NCBI GenBank assembly: GCA_019912845.1
Contig: JAIOHU010000194.1
Span: 38,603-102,602, forward strand
Origin: a bacterium
Lineage (GTDB): Bacteria; Electryoneota; Electryoneia; Electryoneales; Electryoneaceae
Direction: 5' to 3'
DNA length: 64,000 nt
Shown: positions 39,012 to 48,956 of the stretch, piece by piece
How positions within the stretch are numbered: the stretch's first letter is position 1
Layout of the letters: each line of letters begins with the position of its first letter
Program-made: the position numbers and the translations under genes
Notes under the pieces: generated by a model
Databases searched by the model: none
What the model was told of the DNA's origin: nothing
Seen by the model: the letters and a program-made list of their open reading frames with translations, nothing else

Positions 39012-39884
39012 ATGGGACTCTTAGAAGTAGTTGGAAGAAAATGGCTGGAGCGTCATGTTTATGAGGCACTTGCTGAAGACCTGGGTGAAGCTGGCGATAT
39101 AACTGCGCTTGCAAGTGTACCCACTGGTCAGAGTGGTTCTGCAAAAGTCATCACCAAACAGGAGGGGGTATTGGCAGGTGCAGACTGGGCAGTTGTCTGT
39201 GGTGAACTTACCAAACCGGCGGTGGAGTGGCATTTTCTAAAGGCTGATGGCGAACGTGTTCATAAAGGGGAGACCGTCGCTGAGGTAACTGGTTTGATGC
39301 ATGGCATCCTCATCTCGGAACGAACCGCTCTGAATGGATTACAACACTACTCGGGTATCGCCACCATGGCAGCGAGGGCAATGGAATTGGTCAAGGGTAC
39401 CAATGCGAAGGTGCTGGATACACGTAAGACCTTTCCGGGGCAACGTCTCGCAGAAAAATATGCAGTGCGTATGGGTGGGGCATTTAATCATCGTGCAGGT
39501 TTATATGATGAATTCCTGATCAAGGAAAATCATATTGCATCTGCTGGTGGGATTATGCAGGCACTGCAAGCAGCTAAAAAATGGCGGAACGAAAATGCGG
39601 CTGGAAGTCACATTCCCATTGAGATCGAAGTGACAAATCTTGCAGAACTCGAACTCGCACTAGACGAACAACCCGACTATATCCTGCTCGATAATTTTTC
39701 CAACGACGCACTGAAAAAAGCGGTTTCGATGAGACGAGGAGCCTGTCTTCTGGAGGCGAGTGGAGGAATTACGCTGCAGAACCTCCGTGAAGTCGCCGAA
39801 ACCGGAGTAGATCGAATTTCGCTCGGTGCTTTGACTCATTCAGTAATTCCACTGGATCTTTCGCTTCTGGTTGTAGAAGCATGA
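39012..39884 (+). CDS. nadC: Nicotinate-nucleotide pyrophosphorylase (quinolinate phosphoribosyltransferase)
   Basis: Conserved LDTRKTFPGQRLAEKYAVRMGGAFNHRAGLYD...LIKENH core of NadC. 290 aa. Confidence 0.85.
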   Translation: MGLLEVVGRKWLERHVYEALAEDLGEAGDITALASVPTGQSGSAKVITKQEGVLAGADWAVVCGELTKPAVEWHFLKADGERVHKGETVAEVTGLMHGILISERTALNGLQHYSGIATMAARAMELVKGTNAKVLDTRKTFPGQRLAEKYAVRMGGAFNHRAGLYDEFLIKENHIASAGGIMQALQAAKKWRNENAAGSHIPIEIEVTNLAELELALDEQPDYILLDNFSNDALKKAVSMRRGACLLEASGGITLQNLREVAETGVDRISLGALTHSVIPLDLSLLVVEA

Positions 39885-40324
39885 GCCGTCCAGTATTGAC
39901 AATCGGAATCACCGGCTTTATCGGAGGGTATCTCTGGAAAAACCATTGGATTGATTAATATTATCAGAGGGATTGGTGCTGGATTTATCCAGGGTGTACA
40001 CCTTCCTAGCTGTCCGAGAATGAAAATTTTAGATTATTCTGAAAAATTGCGGATATGTTATGTTTTCTAACATGTAATAATATCAACACCTTCCTGGATT
40101 CCGGCTCAACTCATCACCGGAATGACGAGGGCGATAGAACCAATATTTGAATTATTAAACTTTGGACAAGTCCAAAGCCAATAATCAAGGTGTGCGAGAT
40201 AGCCTGCTACGTCATCAGCCTTGCGCAAAGTATTTTGAAAACCCCTTTGCCTGGTATTGAAGCGTGAATTTGTAATGTCTACCTTCGATATCACAAATTG
40301 AGCCGATCACAAGGAATTTGAAAT

Positions 40325-40789
40325 ATGGTTACAAAAATTCAACGTGTTGTAGAAGAACTGATTGAACTTGGTGAGGTGATGCCAAGCCACACCTGGTATG
40401 AAGAAATCGTCAGCAAATTACGGGATGAAATTCCCACCTACTCTTGGGTTGGTTTTTACTGGGTAACTGGTGATCATCTTATCCTGGGCGCCTGGGATGG
40501 TCCCGAAGCCACCGAGCATGTGCGTATCAACATTGGCGAGGGAATATGCGGTCAGGCGGCGAGCACTGGTGAGACGGTAATTGTAGATGATGTAAATGAA
40601 CATTCAAACTACCTTGCCTGTTTCCCATCCACAAAAAGTGAGATTGTTGTCCCTATTTTCAAAGGTGGTGAAGTAATTGGCGAGCTCGACATCGATGGTG
40701 ATAAGGAAGGTGCATTCACCAGCGAGGATCAAAGGCAACTCGAACGTCTCGCTCAAGCGATCGCAGATCAGATGAAGTCCGAGGGTTGA
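40325..40789 (+). CDS. GAF-domain protein (free methionine-R-sulfoxide reductase-like)
   Basis: 154 aa single GAF domain with WVGFY...GEGICGQAA...SEIVVPIF pattern. Confidence 0.7.
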   Translation: MVTKIQRVVEELIELGEVMPSHTWYEEIVSKLRDEIPTYSWVGFYWVTGDHLILGAWDGPEATEHVRINIGEGICGQAASTGETVIVDDVNEHSNYLACFPSTKSEIVVPIFKGGEVIGELDIDGDKEGAFTSEDQRQLERLAQAIADQMKSEG

Positions 40790-40792
40790 TCC

Positions 40793-41620
40793 TTGCCAGA
40801 ACTGCCGGAAGTTGAAACAATTGTAAGAGCACTTCGTCCAGTGCTGACGGGTAAAACGATTTTGCAGGCAGAATTTCTCCACCCGAGAACCACACCCCAC
40901 ACCCCGCCAGCTCGACTGAAAGAAGCATTGAAGAACAACCGGATTGTTGCAGTTAGCAGGCGCGGCAAGTACATCCTGGTTCACTTGGAGAACAAACCGG
41001 ATATGGTTGTCCATTTACGGATGTCCGGTAAATTACTACTAAATAAAGAGTCGCTCTCTGATCCTCACTTGAGGGCTTTTTTTCGTCTTTCAGAAAACAT
41101 CGTACTCAATTTTGTCGATACTCGCACTTTTGGGTTTCTCTATCTTCTGGAAGAACCGATCCCCGAAGGGTTTCGCTCTTTGGGTGTTGAACCCTTATCT
41201 TCATCCTTTAGCGCGAAACGATTAGCAGAATTGTTTCGTAATCGTAAATCACCGGTAAAAGCATTGCTCCTGCGTCAGGACTTGATTGCAGGTATTGGAA
41301 ATATTTACGCTTCGGAAGCGTGCTGGATCGCGAAAGTTCACCCCGCGACATTTGGTGGTGAACTTGAAGAGAAGCAGCTCAAAGCACTTCACCGAGCGGT
41401 GAGGAAGGTGTTACGACAGGCTGTTGATCTAATGGGTACGACCCTGAATGATTTCAGACGTCCCGATGGCACACCCGGCGAATATGGCAATGCATTGCTG
41501 GTGTATGGAAGAAAAGGTGAACCGTGCCCACGGTGCGGTCAAACGATAGAACGGATTGTTCAAAATGGCAGAAGCAGTTTTCTTTGCCCCAACTGCCAAC
41601 ACGAGACGCGCGGCGGTTGA
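40793..41620 (+). CDS. mutM: Formamidopyrimidine-DNA glycosylase
   Basis: N-terminal MPELPEVE catalytic Pro/Glu, H2TH region and C-terminal CPRCG...C zinc finger. Confidence 0.85.
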   Translation: MPELPEVETIVRALRPVLTGKTILQAEFLHPRTTPHTPPARLKEALKNNRIVAVSRRGKYILVHLENKPDMVVHLRMSGKLLLNKESLSDPHLRAFFRLSENIVLNFVDTRTFGFLYLLEEPIPEGFRSLGVEPLSSSFSAKRLAELFRNRKSPVKALLLRQDLIAGIGNIYASEACWIAKVHPATFGGELEEKQLKALHRAVRKVLRQAVDLMGTTLNDFRRPDGTPGEYGNALLVYGRKGEPCPRCGQTIERIVQNGRSSFLCPNCQHETRGG

Positions 41621-41663
41621 GGGTACAATCGATCTCCCTGATAGCAGTGAGGTAACATGGGCG

Positions 41664-42347
41664 ATGTCACGTCGTGAATTTGGTCCCATGTCATTCAAAG
41701 GTCGTCCCGACTGGGATATCACCCATAACCGTATGTCCTTTCTCCGTTTATTTAATCTGAAGATTGATAAAGTTGTGGCACCTCAACTGGTTCACGGCAA
41801 TAATGTTGAAGTAGTTACGGAGAAAGATGTTCGAAAGGGTGCACGTGAGATGCACACCGGCATCCCTGACACTGATGGTTTGGTGACACAAGATGCAAAT
41901 GTGATCTTGTTTACCACACATGCTGACTGTCCGTCAGTCTGGTTGGTTGCTCCTGAGTCGGGATGGATTGGGCTTGCACACTCCGGTTGGCAGGGTTTGT
42001 TGAATGGTGTGGTGGATAATTTGATATTGGCAATTCCTGAGTCGGATCGAAACAATTTGAAATTAGGTATTGGTCCCGGAATTTCGGCACAAAACTATGA
42101 AATCGGTGAAGAGGTCGCTGAAAAATTCCGCAGCCATGAGACCCTGCGTTCTGCGCTCGTCGAAAACGACGATAAAATTTATCTCGACCTGCAAAAAGGA
42201 ATTCGTCTTATTGGTGAAAGCCATGGCACAATTGTAGACTCATCTCCCTGGCTTTGCACCCATGAAAATGAATTTCTAAGTTCTTATAGACGTGATGGCG
42301 AAAATTTTGCTCCCATGGGAGCGTTTATAACCAGAATCAAGGTCTGA
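41664..42347 (+). CDS. pgeF: YfiH/PgeF (DUF152) purine-nucleoside phosphorylase / peptidoglycan-editing-factor family protein
   Basis: Conserved HGNNV, THADCPSV and AHSGWQG motifs. The start was moved to 41664 to avoid a 65 nt overlap with mutM; 41556 is also possible. Confidence 0.65.
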   Translation: MSRREFGPMSFKGRPDWDITHNRMSFLRLFNLKIDKVVAPQLVHGNNVEVVTEKDVRKGAREMHTGIPDTDGLVTQDANVILFTTHADCPSVWLVAPESGWIGLAHSGWQGLLNGVVDNLILAIPESDRNNLKLGIGPGISAQNYEIGEEVAEKFRSHETLRSALVENDDKIYLDLQKGIRLIGESHGTIVDSSPWLCTHENEFLSSYRRDGENFAPMGAFITRIKV

Positions 42348-42349
42348 CT

Positions 42350-43876
42350 ATGTTCAGCAAACTCTGGACAATGGCGTTGGAAGGGATTGATGCCAGCCTG
42401 GTAGAGGTGGAAACCCAACTCGAAGGCGGATTTGAGGGGATTACCATCGTTGGGCTTGCCGGCGCATCGGTACGTGAATCAAAAGACCGTGTGAGTGCTG
42501 CGATCAGAAATTCCGGCTTCATCTATCCACGTAAGAAGATCACCATCAACCTTGCGCCCGCAGACAAACGCAAAGAGGGTAGCGCATTTGATCTACCGAT
42601 TGCGTTGGGGCAACTGGCGGCTACTGGTCAAATACGAAATGATGACCTTGATCGATTTGTCTGCCTCGGTGAACTGGCGCTGGATGGACGACTTCGGCAT
42701 GTACGTGGAGTCTTACCTTCTGCACTAGCGGTTCGCAAACTCGGTAATAAAGCGATTATTGTTCCAGAATCCAATGCCGACGAGGCAGCGGTTGCGGAAG
42801 GGGTGGATGTTTATCCTATGGCGAACCTGCGGGATGTCGTTGATTTCCTCAACGGCGATGATCAGGTTGATCCCTATACAATAAATCTGCGAGAACTTTT
42901 CGCCGAACGTCAGCAATATGATGTCGATTTTTCAGAGGTAAAAGGGCAGGATCGCGCAAAACGTGCGCTTGAAATCGCTGCCGCCGGGGGACATAATGTG
43001 CTGTTAATCGGTCCTCCCGGTTCAGGGAAAACGATGTTATCGCGTCGGTTACCGACGATTCTACCCCCTCCCACATTAGATGAAGCTCTTGAGACAACTC
43101 AGATTCATTCGGTCGCCGGAACACTTAGAGAAGAAACCGCACTCATGGCAGTGCGTCCCTTCCGCAGCCCGCATCATACCATTTCCGATGCAGGGCTAAT
43201 TGGAGGAGGCACGATACCGATTCCGGGTGAGGTAAGCCTTTCACACCGCGGTGTCCTCTTTCTGGATGAACTACCTGAATTTGGAAAAACAACCCTCGAT
43301 TCATTACGTCAGCCATTGGAAGATGGGGAAGTAGTAATCGCACGTGTGGCTATGACAACACGTTTCCCCGCTCGTTTCCTCCTGATTGCCGCCATGAACC
43401 CCTGTCCCTGCGGATTTCTGGGCGATTCAAACCGAGAGTGTGTCTGTTCAATCAACCAGGTAAGAGCCTATCGTGCGCGGATTTCTGGTCCGTTGCTGGA
43501 CAGGATTGATTTGCATGTCTCTGTGCCAGCAGTAAAAGCTGAGGAATTGAGCCTGAAGAGTGAAGGTGAACCTTCTTCGAGTATGAGGGATCGTGTCATG
43601 AACGCTCGCAATATCCAGCTCGCTCGATTCCAGGATGCTGGAATCTTTTCAAATGGCGAAATGGTATCCAGGCATGTACGCAATTATGCAAAGGTATCTG
43701 ATGGAGCTGAAAAAATGCTTCAAGAGGCGATTAAACGGCTCGGTTTATCAGCGAGAGCACATTTCCGTTCCATGAAAGTTGCCCGTACCATTGCGGATAT
43801 GGCAGGGCATGAGGAAGTACAGGAGGATGATATCCTGGAAGCTGTTGGATTCCGTGAACTTGATCGTGAGGTTTAG
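42350..43876 (+). CDS. comM: YifB/ComM family Mg-chelatase-like AAA+ ATPase
   Basis: N-terminal Lon-like domain (MALEGIDASLVEVE). Walker A (GPPGSGKT), Walker B (VLFLDELPEF). C-terminal Mg-chelatase subunit-like region. Confidence 0.8.
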   Translation: MFSKLWTMALEGIDASLVEVETQLEGGFEGITIVGLAGASVRESKDRVSAAIRNSGFIYPRKKITINLAPADKRKEGSAFDLPIALGQLAATGQIRNDDLDRFVCLGELALDGRLRHVRGVLPSALAVRKLGNKAIIVPESNADEAAVAEGVDVYPMANLRDVVDFLNGDDQVDPYTINLRELFAERQQYDVDFSEVKGQDRAKRALEIAAAGGHNVLLIGPPGSGKTMLSRRLPTILPPPTLDEALETTQIHSVAGTLREETALMAVRPFRSPHHTISDAGLIGGGTIPIPGEVSLSHRGVLFLDELPEFGKTTLDSLRQPLEDGEVVIARVAMTTRFPARFLLIAAMNPCPCGFLGDSNRECVCSINQVRAYRARISGPLLDRIDLHVSVPAVKAEELSLKSEGEPSSSMRDRVMNARNIQLARFQDAGIFSNGEMVSRHVRNYAKVSDGAEKMLQEAIKRLGLSARAHFRSMKVARTIADMAGHEEVQEDDILEAVGFRELDREV

Positions 43877-43878
43877 CA

Positions 43879-45453
43879 GTGCAAGAATATACGGGTAATC
43901 TTTTTACACAACTTACAAACCGGATAAAGAGAGGTGATTCTGCCAGTTCTATCAAATGGCGTTCGAATAATCTCTCCTGGTCACAAGTTGAACAGGCTGC
44001 AAGGAAGGTAGCTGGTGGACTGGTCAAACTTGGGGTCAAGCCGGGAGACAGGGTTGCTTTAATGCTTCCCAATGTACCTCCCTATCTCTTCATTAAGTTT
44101 GGGGTTCACCTGATGGGAGGGATTTTAGTGCCGATTCACATCCTGACCAGAGGCCCTGAATTGGGGTATCAGCTTGAAGATTGCGAAGCGAAAGTTTTGT
44201 TCACCTGGAGTGGGTATGAGGAAGTTGCCCTGGAAGGAATCGAGCAAACAGAATCACTTCAGCATCAAATTCAAATTGGGTGCAGTAATTCGGACACCTG
44301 TATCGATTTTAATGAGTGGTTGAGCGAGTGTGAGCCTTTTGACGGCGAGCCTGTTGGTGGTGATGACGATATTGCTTTGATCCGTTATACCGCAGGTGTT
44401 ACGGGACGACCTAAGGGTGCCATGATCACTCACAAGAACCTGATTTTCGGGAGTCGAGAAACCCAACGTATCCTGCGTCTGAGTGCGAAAGATCGTCTCT
44501 TGACCACCATACCGTTTTACCATCCTTTCGGCGACAGTCTGCAGATTCACCTTGCCCTTGAGTCGCGATCGGATATCATCATGCTATCTCGTTTTGACCC
44601 GGAGGAGACCTACGACCTGATCAATCATGGAGAGGTTGATGTTATCATCGGTCTTCCTGTCCACTTCAGTACACTCTGTGAAGCTGCGGAGGATGCGGAA
44701 CCTGAAGAGAAGCATTTACGTTTTGCAGTCAGTGGTGGTGGACCGCTCGATATGGAAGTGATCCAGGGCTTTGAATCCATATTTGACAGCAAAGTTGCCA
44801 GTGTGTACGGTACCTGTGAAACCAGTCCGACCATTGCAGTAAATGCGCCTCACCGTGAGGAAAGCCCGCGTGAATCCTGGGGTCGTCCAATTTCTGGCAT
44901 GGATATCCAGATCGTCAATGTTCAGAATGAAGCGGTTCCAATCGGTGAAGTTGGAGAAATTATTGTAAAGGGAGCGGGTGTTTTTGCTGGATACTGGAAC
45001 CGTCCCGGTGCAACCGCGATGACCATCGACGCTGATGGCTGGTTCCACACTGAAGACCTCGGACGTGTAGATCTGAATGGTTATCTGTATGGCATGGGCA
45101 GGATGCATGATCGTATCAATAAGGGCGGATTTTCAGTATATCCTCGTGAAATCGAAGGAATAATCGACGCCCACCCTACTGTACGCATTAGTGCTGTGAT
45201 AGGCATTCCTGACGCTGTTTACGGTGAGGAAATCATTGCTTATGTCGTTCCACGCTCAGGGCAGCATGTAGATACCGATGAAATTATACGCTATTGCATG
45301 GCTCATCTGGCGCGTTACAAAGCACCCAAGCATATCAATATTGTGGAAGAATTGCCACGTTCCCCCAATGGTGTAATTTTGCGACGAGCCTTACGTGAAT
45401 CAGCAACAGGAAATCTACACTCACAGCCACAATCCATCGAAGGGGATGTGTAG
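43879..45453 (+). CDS. AMP-dependent acyl-CoA synthetase/ligase
   Basis: AMP-binding motif YTAGVTGRPKGAMITH, later YGTCET and a C-terminal lysine motif region. Confidence 0.8.
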   Translation: MQEYTGNLFTQLTNRIKRGDSASSIKWRSNNLSWSQVEQAARKVAGGLVKLGVKPGDRVALMLPNVPPYLFIKFGVHLMGGILVPIHILTRGPELGYQLEDCEAKVLFTWSGYEEVALEGIEQTESLQHQIQIGCSNSDTCIDFNEWLSECEPFDGEPVGGDDDIALIRYTAGVTGRPKGAMITHKNLIFGSRETQRILRLSAKDRLLTTIPFYHPFGDSLQIHLALESRSDIIMLSRFDPEETYDLINHGEVDVIIGLPVHFSTLCEAAEDAEPEEKHLRFAVSGGGPLDMEVIQGFESIFDSKVASVYGTCETSPTIAVNAPHREESPRESWGRPISGMDIQIVNVQNEAVPIGEVGEIIVKGAGVFAGYWNRPGATAMTIDADGWFHTEDLGRVDLNGYLYGMGRMHDRINKGGFSVYPREIEGIIDAHPTVRISAVIGIPDAVYGEEIIAYVVPRSGQHVDTDEIIRYCMAHLARYKAPKHINIVEELPRSPNGVILRRALRESATGNLHSQPQSIEGDV

Positions 45454-45458
45454 TCGCA

Positions 45459-46178
45459 GGAGCGCCACACTCCAGTGTAGCATTTTATATTCTGGCTTGG
45501 GATTTATCCCAAGTCTAATAAATCCATCGACGTATTTTTCAATGCTTTTATCTAAGGACTTCACCTCAGCGTGGTGAGATTTGCGTAGCCCCGACGTGCT
45601 GCGAAGCGAAACCCGGGGAGCAGAAGCGTCCTTCTCTCAGGGTGGCAAGGGGATGAGAGCAATTCTACTGATAAATAGCAATGAATTGAAAAACGTTTAA
45701 GAACTGAATTGTTTTTTGTATTTCATACTCATCCTCGGGTATTATTCATCCACTCTAAAATTGAAACTTGCACAAGAATTTGTCACTTAAACCCGATGCA
45801 AAGCATCGGGCCATCTTTGGAGCGGCACACTCCAGTGTAGCATTTTTTATTCTGGCTTGGGATTTATCCCAAGTCTAATAAATCCATCGACGTATTTTTC
45901 AATGCTTTTATCTAAGGACTTCACCACAGCGTGGTGAGATTTGCGTAGCCCCGAGGTGCAGCGAAGCGTAACCCGGGGAGCAAAGGCGTCCTTCTCTCAG
46001 GGTGGCCCGGGGATGAGAGCAATTCTACTGATAAATAGCAATGAATTGAAAAACGTTTAAGAACTGAATTGTTTTTTGTATTTCATACTCATCCCCGGGT
46101 ATTATTCATCCACTCTAAAATTGAAACTTGCACTAGAATTTGTCACTTAAACCCGATGCAAAGCATCGGGCCATCTTG
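45459..46178. repeat. Perfect-phase tandem duplication, 2 x 360 bp, of a composite intergenic repeat (modules C, inverted B, D, E)
   Basis: The sequence from 45459 (ggagcgccacactccagtgtagc...) recurs from 45819 with only a few substitutions. Copy boundaries are at 45459, 45819 and 46178. Confidence 0.85.
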
Positions 46179-46537
46179 GTGGAACGACGTACTCCAGAGT
46201 ATCCCCAAGCCACCCACAAAATAATATCATCTTTTTCCAGCAATTCATTGAATTTGTCACAATTATAATGGTATATTTTATTGCAGGCACCAACATCGTG
46301 TGATGTATTCGGTTTGCCGTACTTGTATATTTGACTGCTGGGGGAACCTTTCTGTGCTTCTGTGAAAGGGTGGCTGACACGCCCCCCTTTCGATCTCCCT
46401 CATCATCGAGAAGGTATATTTGTGAAAAACTCTCTCATAATCAATATGAGACCTGTAGTAAGAGCTACAGGCCACCCATCGTTTTCAATCACTCTCAACG
46501 CTCTCAGCAACACACTTAATTTAGGGGCTGCAATAGA

Positions 46538-48745
46538 ATGAAATTCATCCTCGCTTTTTTCGTGCTTTTTCCTTCATTCATATTTGCACAGGACAGTCTG
46601 AACATGAGCCTGCTGAAGCACTTCCAGACCTACGAACCGTTTGCCTGTGATGTTACCTCGATTGATAACTACGTTTATGTCGCAAATCATATCGATGGCA
46701 TTGTTATCGTGGATATCTCTAATCCTCAAGAACCTGATGATTTTACAAAAGTTCCTGTTCCTACAAATTGCTTTAACCTGTTTATTCTTGATCCGTACCT
46801 GTATGTAAGTGGTTTCCATAGTGATAATCCTGAAAATCAATCCGGTCTCTATATATTTAATATTGAAAACAGGGAAGAACCGGAATTTATTACTCGCTAC
46901 GAGCAGCAGTCTTCTTATATGGTGAATGTAGGTGAAACTCTTTTTACAGCAAACCCCTGGTACATTACCATCCTCAACCTGGAAAATAGAACTCAGCCAG
47001 ATACCCTGGCGCGAATTGGACGCGAGAATAGTTTATATTATGAGAACTCAATACACGTAGCGAACTCACACCTCTTCATCATCAACAGAGAACACATTCT
47101 AAAATGTTTTAATGTTGTAGATCCAGCGAATCCCCAACTGGTGGATACGTTACATCTTGAAACAGGTGCGAACGACTTGACTTCCATGGGTTCTACACTC
47201 TTGGTGGGTAATAGTGAAAATGGAATCACCACAATTGATATTTCGAATCCAGCCGAACTAACCAGAATCAATAACTTCGAAGTGTACAGTCCTGTTAGAC
47301 ATGTAGGTACGGTAAGCGATCACTTTGCGCTGTCAGTCCACAGGGAGGAACGTGATGATTGGCCGGACAGCCTTTATGTATTTGATATACTGGACAATGG
47401 TGATATTGATGTTCTTGGCAGCCACTATCTTCAGAATTTTACAGGTGTATTGTTATACGAACAAGCGGGAAACCTGCTGTTTCTGGCAGATGATTATTTG
47501 CGAATTGTTGATGTAAGCGATTTAGCCAACATGGTGGAATTGGGTACAACTCAACAACCTATACAATTCTTGTCCACAGTTGTTATCGGTGATCGTTACT
47601 ATGGAATGCTTGATGGATATATCTGGATTATTGATATATCAAACCGTGATGAAATCGAAATCCTGGGAAAAAAACCTGTAAATCACCGGGCGTTCAGTGA
47701 TCGTGCCAGAAATGCCCTGGCCACAGATGGCACCAATCTCTGGATTGGTTGTGCTGGTTGTTGGTTGTATAAAGCTGAAGTATTGCAGGATGCACCCTGG
47801 GTGACACTCGTTGATTCAGTAAACCTTTATACAGACGAAGACACCTTCGCCCCTGTTATTCATGTGGAGAGTGAATCCAATACCCTTTACTACAGCGAAC
47901 ATACTGAAAATCTTTGTGCGATTGATTTGTCTACATTTGAAATCAGTCAAATCTACAATACCCATGGGATAATATCCGATATTGAACATCAGGATGATCT
48001 TCTTTTTGTCACAATTCTTCAAGATTCCATTTATATATTCGATAAAAGTGATGCTATGCTTCCTGTTCTTTCATCTACCATTTACCATGATGGTGTTGGT
48101 TTGCCAGGAAGCGTGGTTACTGTCGAAAACAGTCTATATTACAATTATTTATATGGAATTCGAAAATATGATATATCGAATCCATTTGATCCCATTATGA
48201 TTGGGAATTACACCCCCCCCTACATCAGGACGAGTATTATTCTGGATAAAGTTGGTGAGTACGTAGTTTATAACAATATATCAGGAGTAGACTACTTATT
48301 CGTGCTCGATTTAACAAGTGATGATCCTGCTGAATGGCAACCTGTCGCCTGGCACCGAGCCAGTATAGCCGGTATATGGACTTTTACTGTCAGCGATAAT
48401 CTCCTTCTAGCAGAAAATTATATCTACCAAGTTTCAGATGAGCTTAATCCAGTAAAGGAGATAGATGAGGAAGTTGGGTTACCAGGTAATATCACCCTCT
48501 CAACCTCACCCAATCCGTTCAATGAAACTATTCAGATTACCTTTACTTTGCCCCATAGAACAAATGTAGATATTGCGTTATATGATCTTTTAGGCAGGGA
48601 AATAGCTTCTATTGTACAGGACAGAGTCTTTGATGTTGGGAAATACAATTATTCCTGGTCTCCATCCATATCGTCCGGGATATATTTTGTTCGACTGGAA
48701 GGTAACGGAGTATCAATTAATCAGAAGATAATATATCTGAAGTGA
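46538..48745 (+). CDS. T9SS cargo protein with degenerate beta-propeller repeats and T9SS C-terminal domain
   Basis: Signal peptide plus QDSLNMSL start. Repeated IVDISNP-like units. C-terminal domain SPNPFNETIQITFTLPHRTNVDIALYDLLGREIA...GIYFVRLEGNGVSINQKIIYLK. Confidence 0.75.
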   Translation: MKFILAFFVLFPSFIFAQDSLNMSLLKHFQTYEPFACDVTSIDNYVYVANHIDGIVIVDISNPQEPDDFTKVPVPTNCFNLFILDPYLYVSGFHSDNPENQSGLYIFNIENREEPEFITRYEQQSSYMVNVGETLFTANPWYITILNLENRTQPDTLARIGRENSLYYENSIHVANSHLFIINREHILKCFNVVDPANPQLVDTLHLETGANDLTSMGSTLLVGNSENGITTIDISNPAELTRINNFEVYSPVRHVGTVSDHFALSVHREERDDWPDSLYVFDILDNGDIDVLGSHYLQNFTGVLLYEQAGNLLFLADDYLRIVDVSDLANMVELGTTQQPIQFLSTVVIGDRYYGMLDGYIWIIDISNRDEIEILGKKPVNHRAFSDRARNALATDGTNLWIGCAGCWLYKAEVLQDAPWVTLVDSVNLYTDEDTFAPVIHVESESNTLYYSEHTENLCAIDLSTFEISQIYNTHGIISDIEHQDDLLFVTILQDSIYIFDKSDAMLPVLSSTIYHDGVGLPGSVVTVENSLYYNYLYGIRKYDISNPFDPIMIGNYTPPYIRTSIILDKVGEYVVYNNISGVDYLFVLDLTSDDPAEWQPVAWHRASIAGIWTFTVSDNLLLAENYIYQVSDELNPVKEIDEEVGLPGNITLSTSPNPFNETIQITFTLPHRTNVDIALYDLLGREIASIVQDRVFDVGKYNYSWSPSISSGIYFVRLEGNGVSINQKIIYLK

Positions 48746-48758
48746 CACAGGAATAGCT

Positions 48759-48946
48759 CGGCTTAGATATTCAAGGGAATTATTAGACTTGGGATAAATC
48801 CCAAGCCAAAATACATGCCGCCCATGCGGAGAATGCTTGTCCATAATTCCAAAATCTACAATATCAATTGCTTCCTGGATCCCGGCCCAACTCATCACCG
48901 GGATGACGCGGGGTGTGATGACACACTATGGAGTGTGGCGCTCCAG
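48759..48946. repeat. Intergenic repeat cluster (modules B, A, C) between convergent genes
   Basis: Near-identical to 19384-19531 but with the module order changed. Confidence 0.6.
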
Positions 48947-48956
48947 TGTAAATGTT

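Noticed and set aside
45459-46178. Possible CRISPR array, suggested by the regular direct repeats
   Set aside because: There are only two copies of a 360 bp unit with no short unique spacers. The units are composites of hairpin modules found elsewhere in the window, and no cas genes are nearby.
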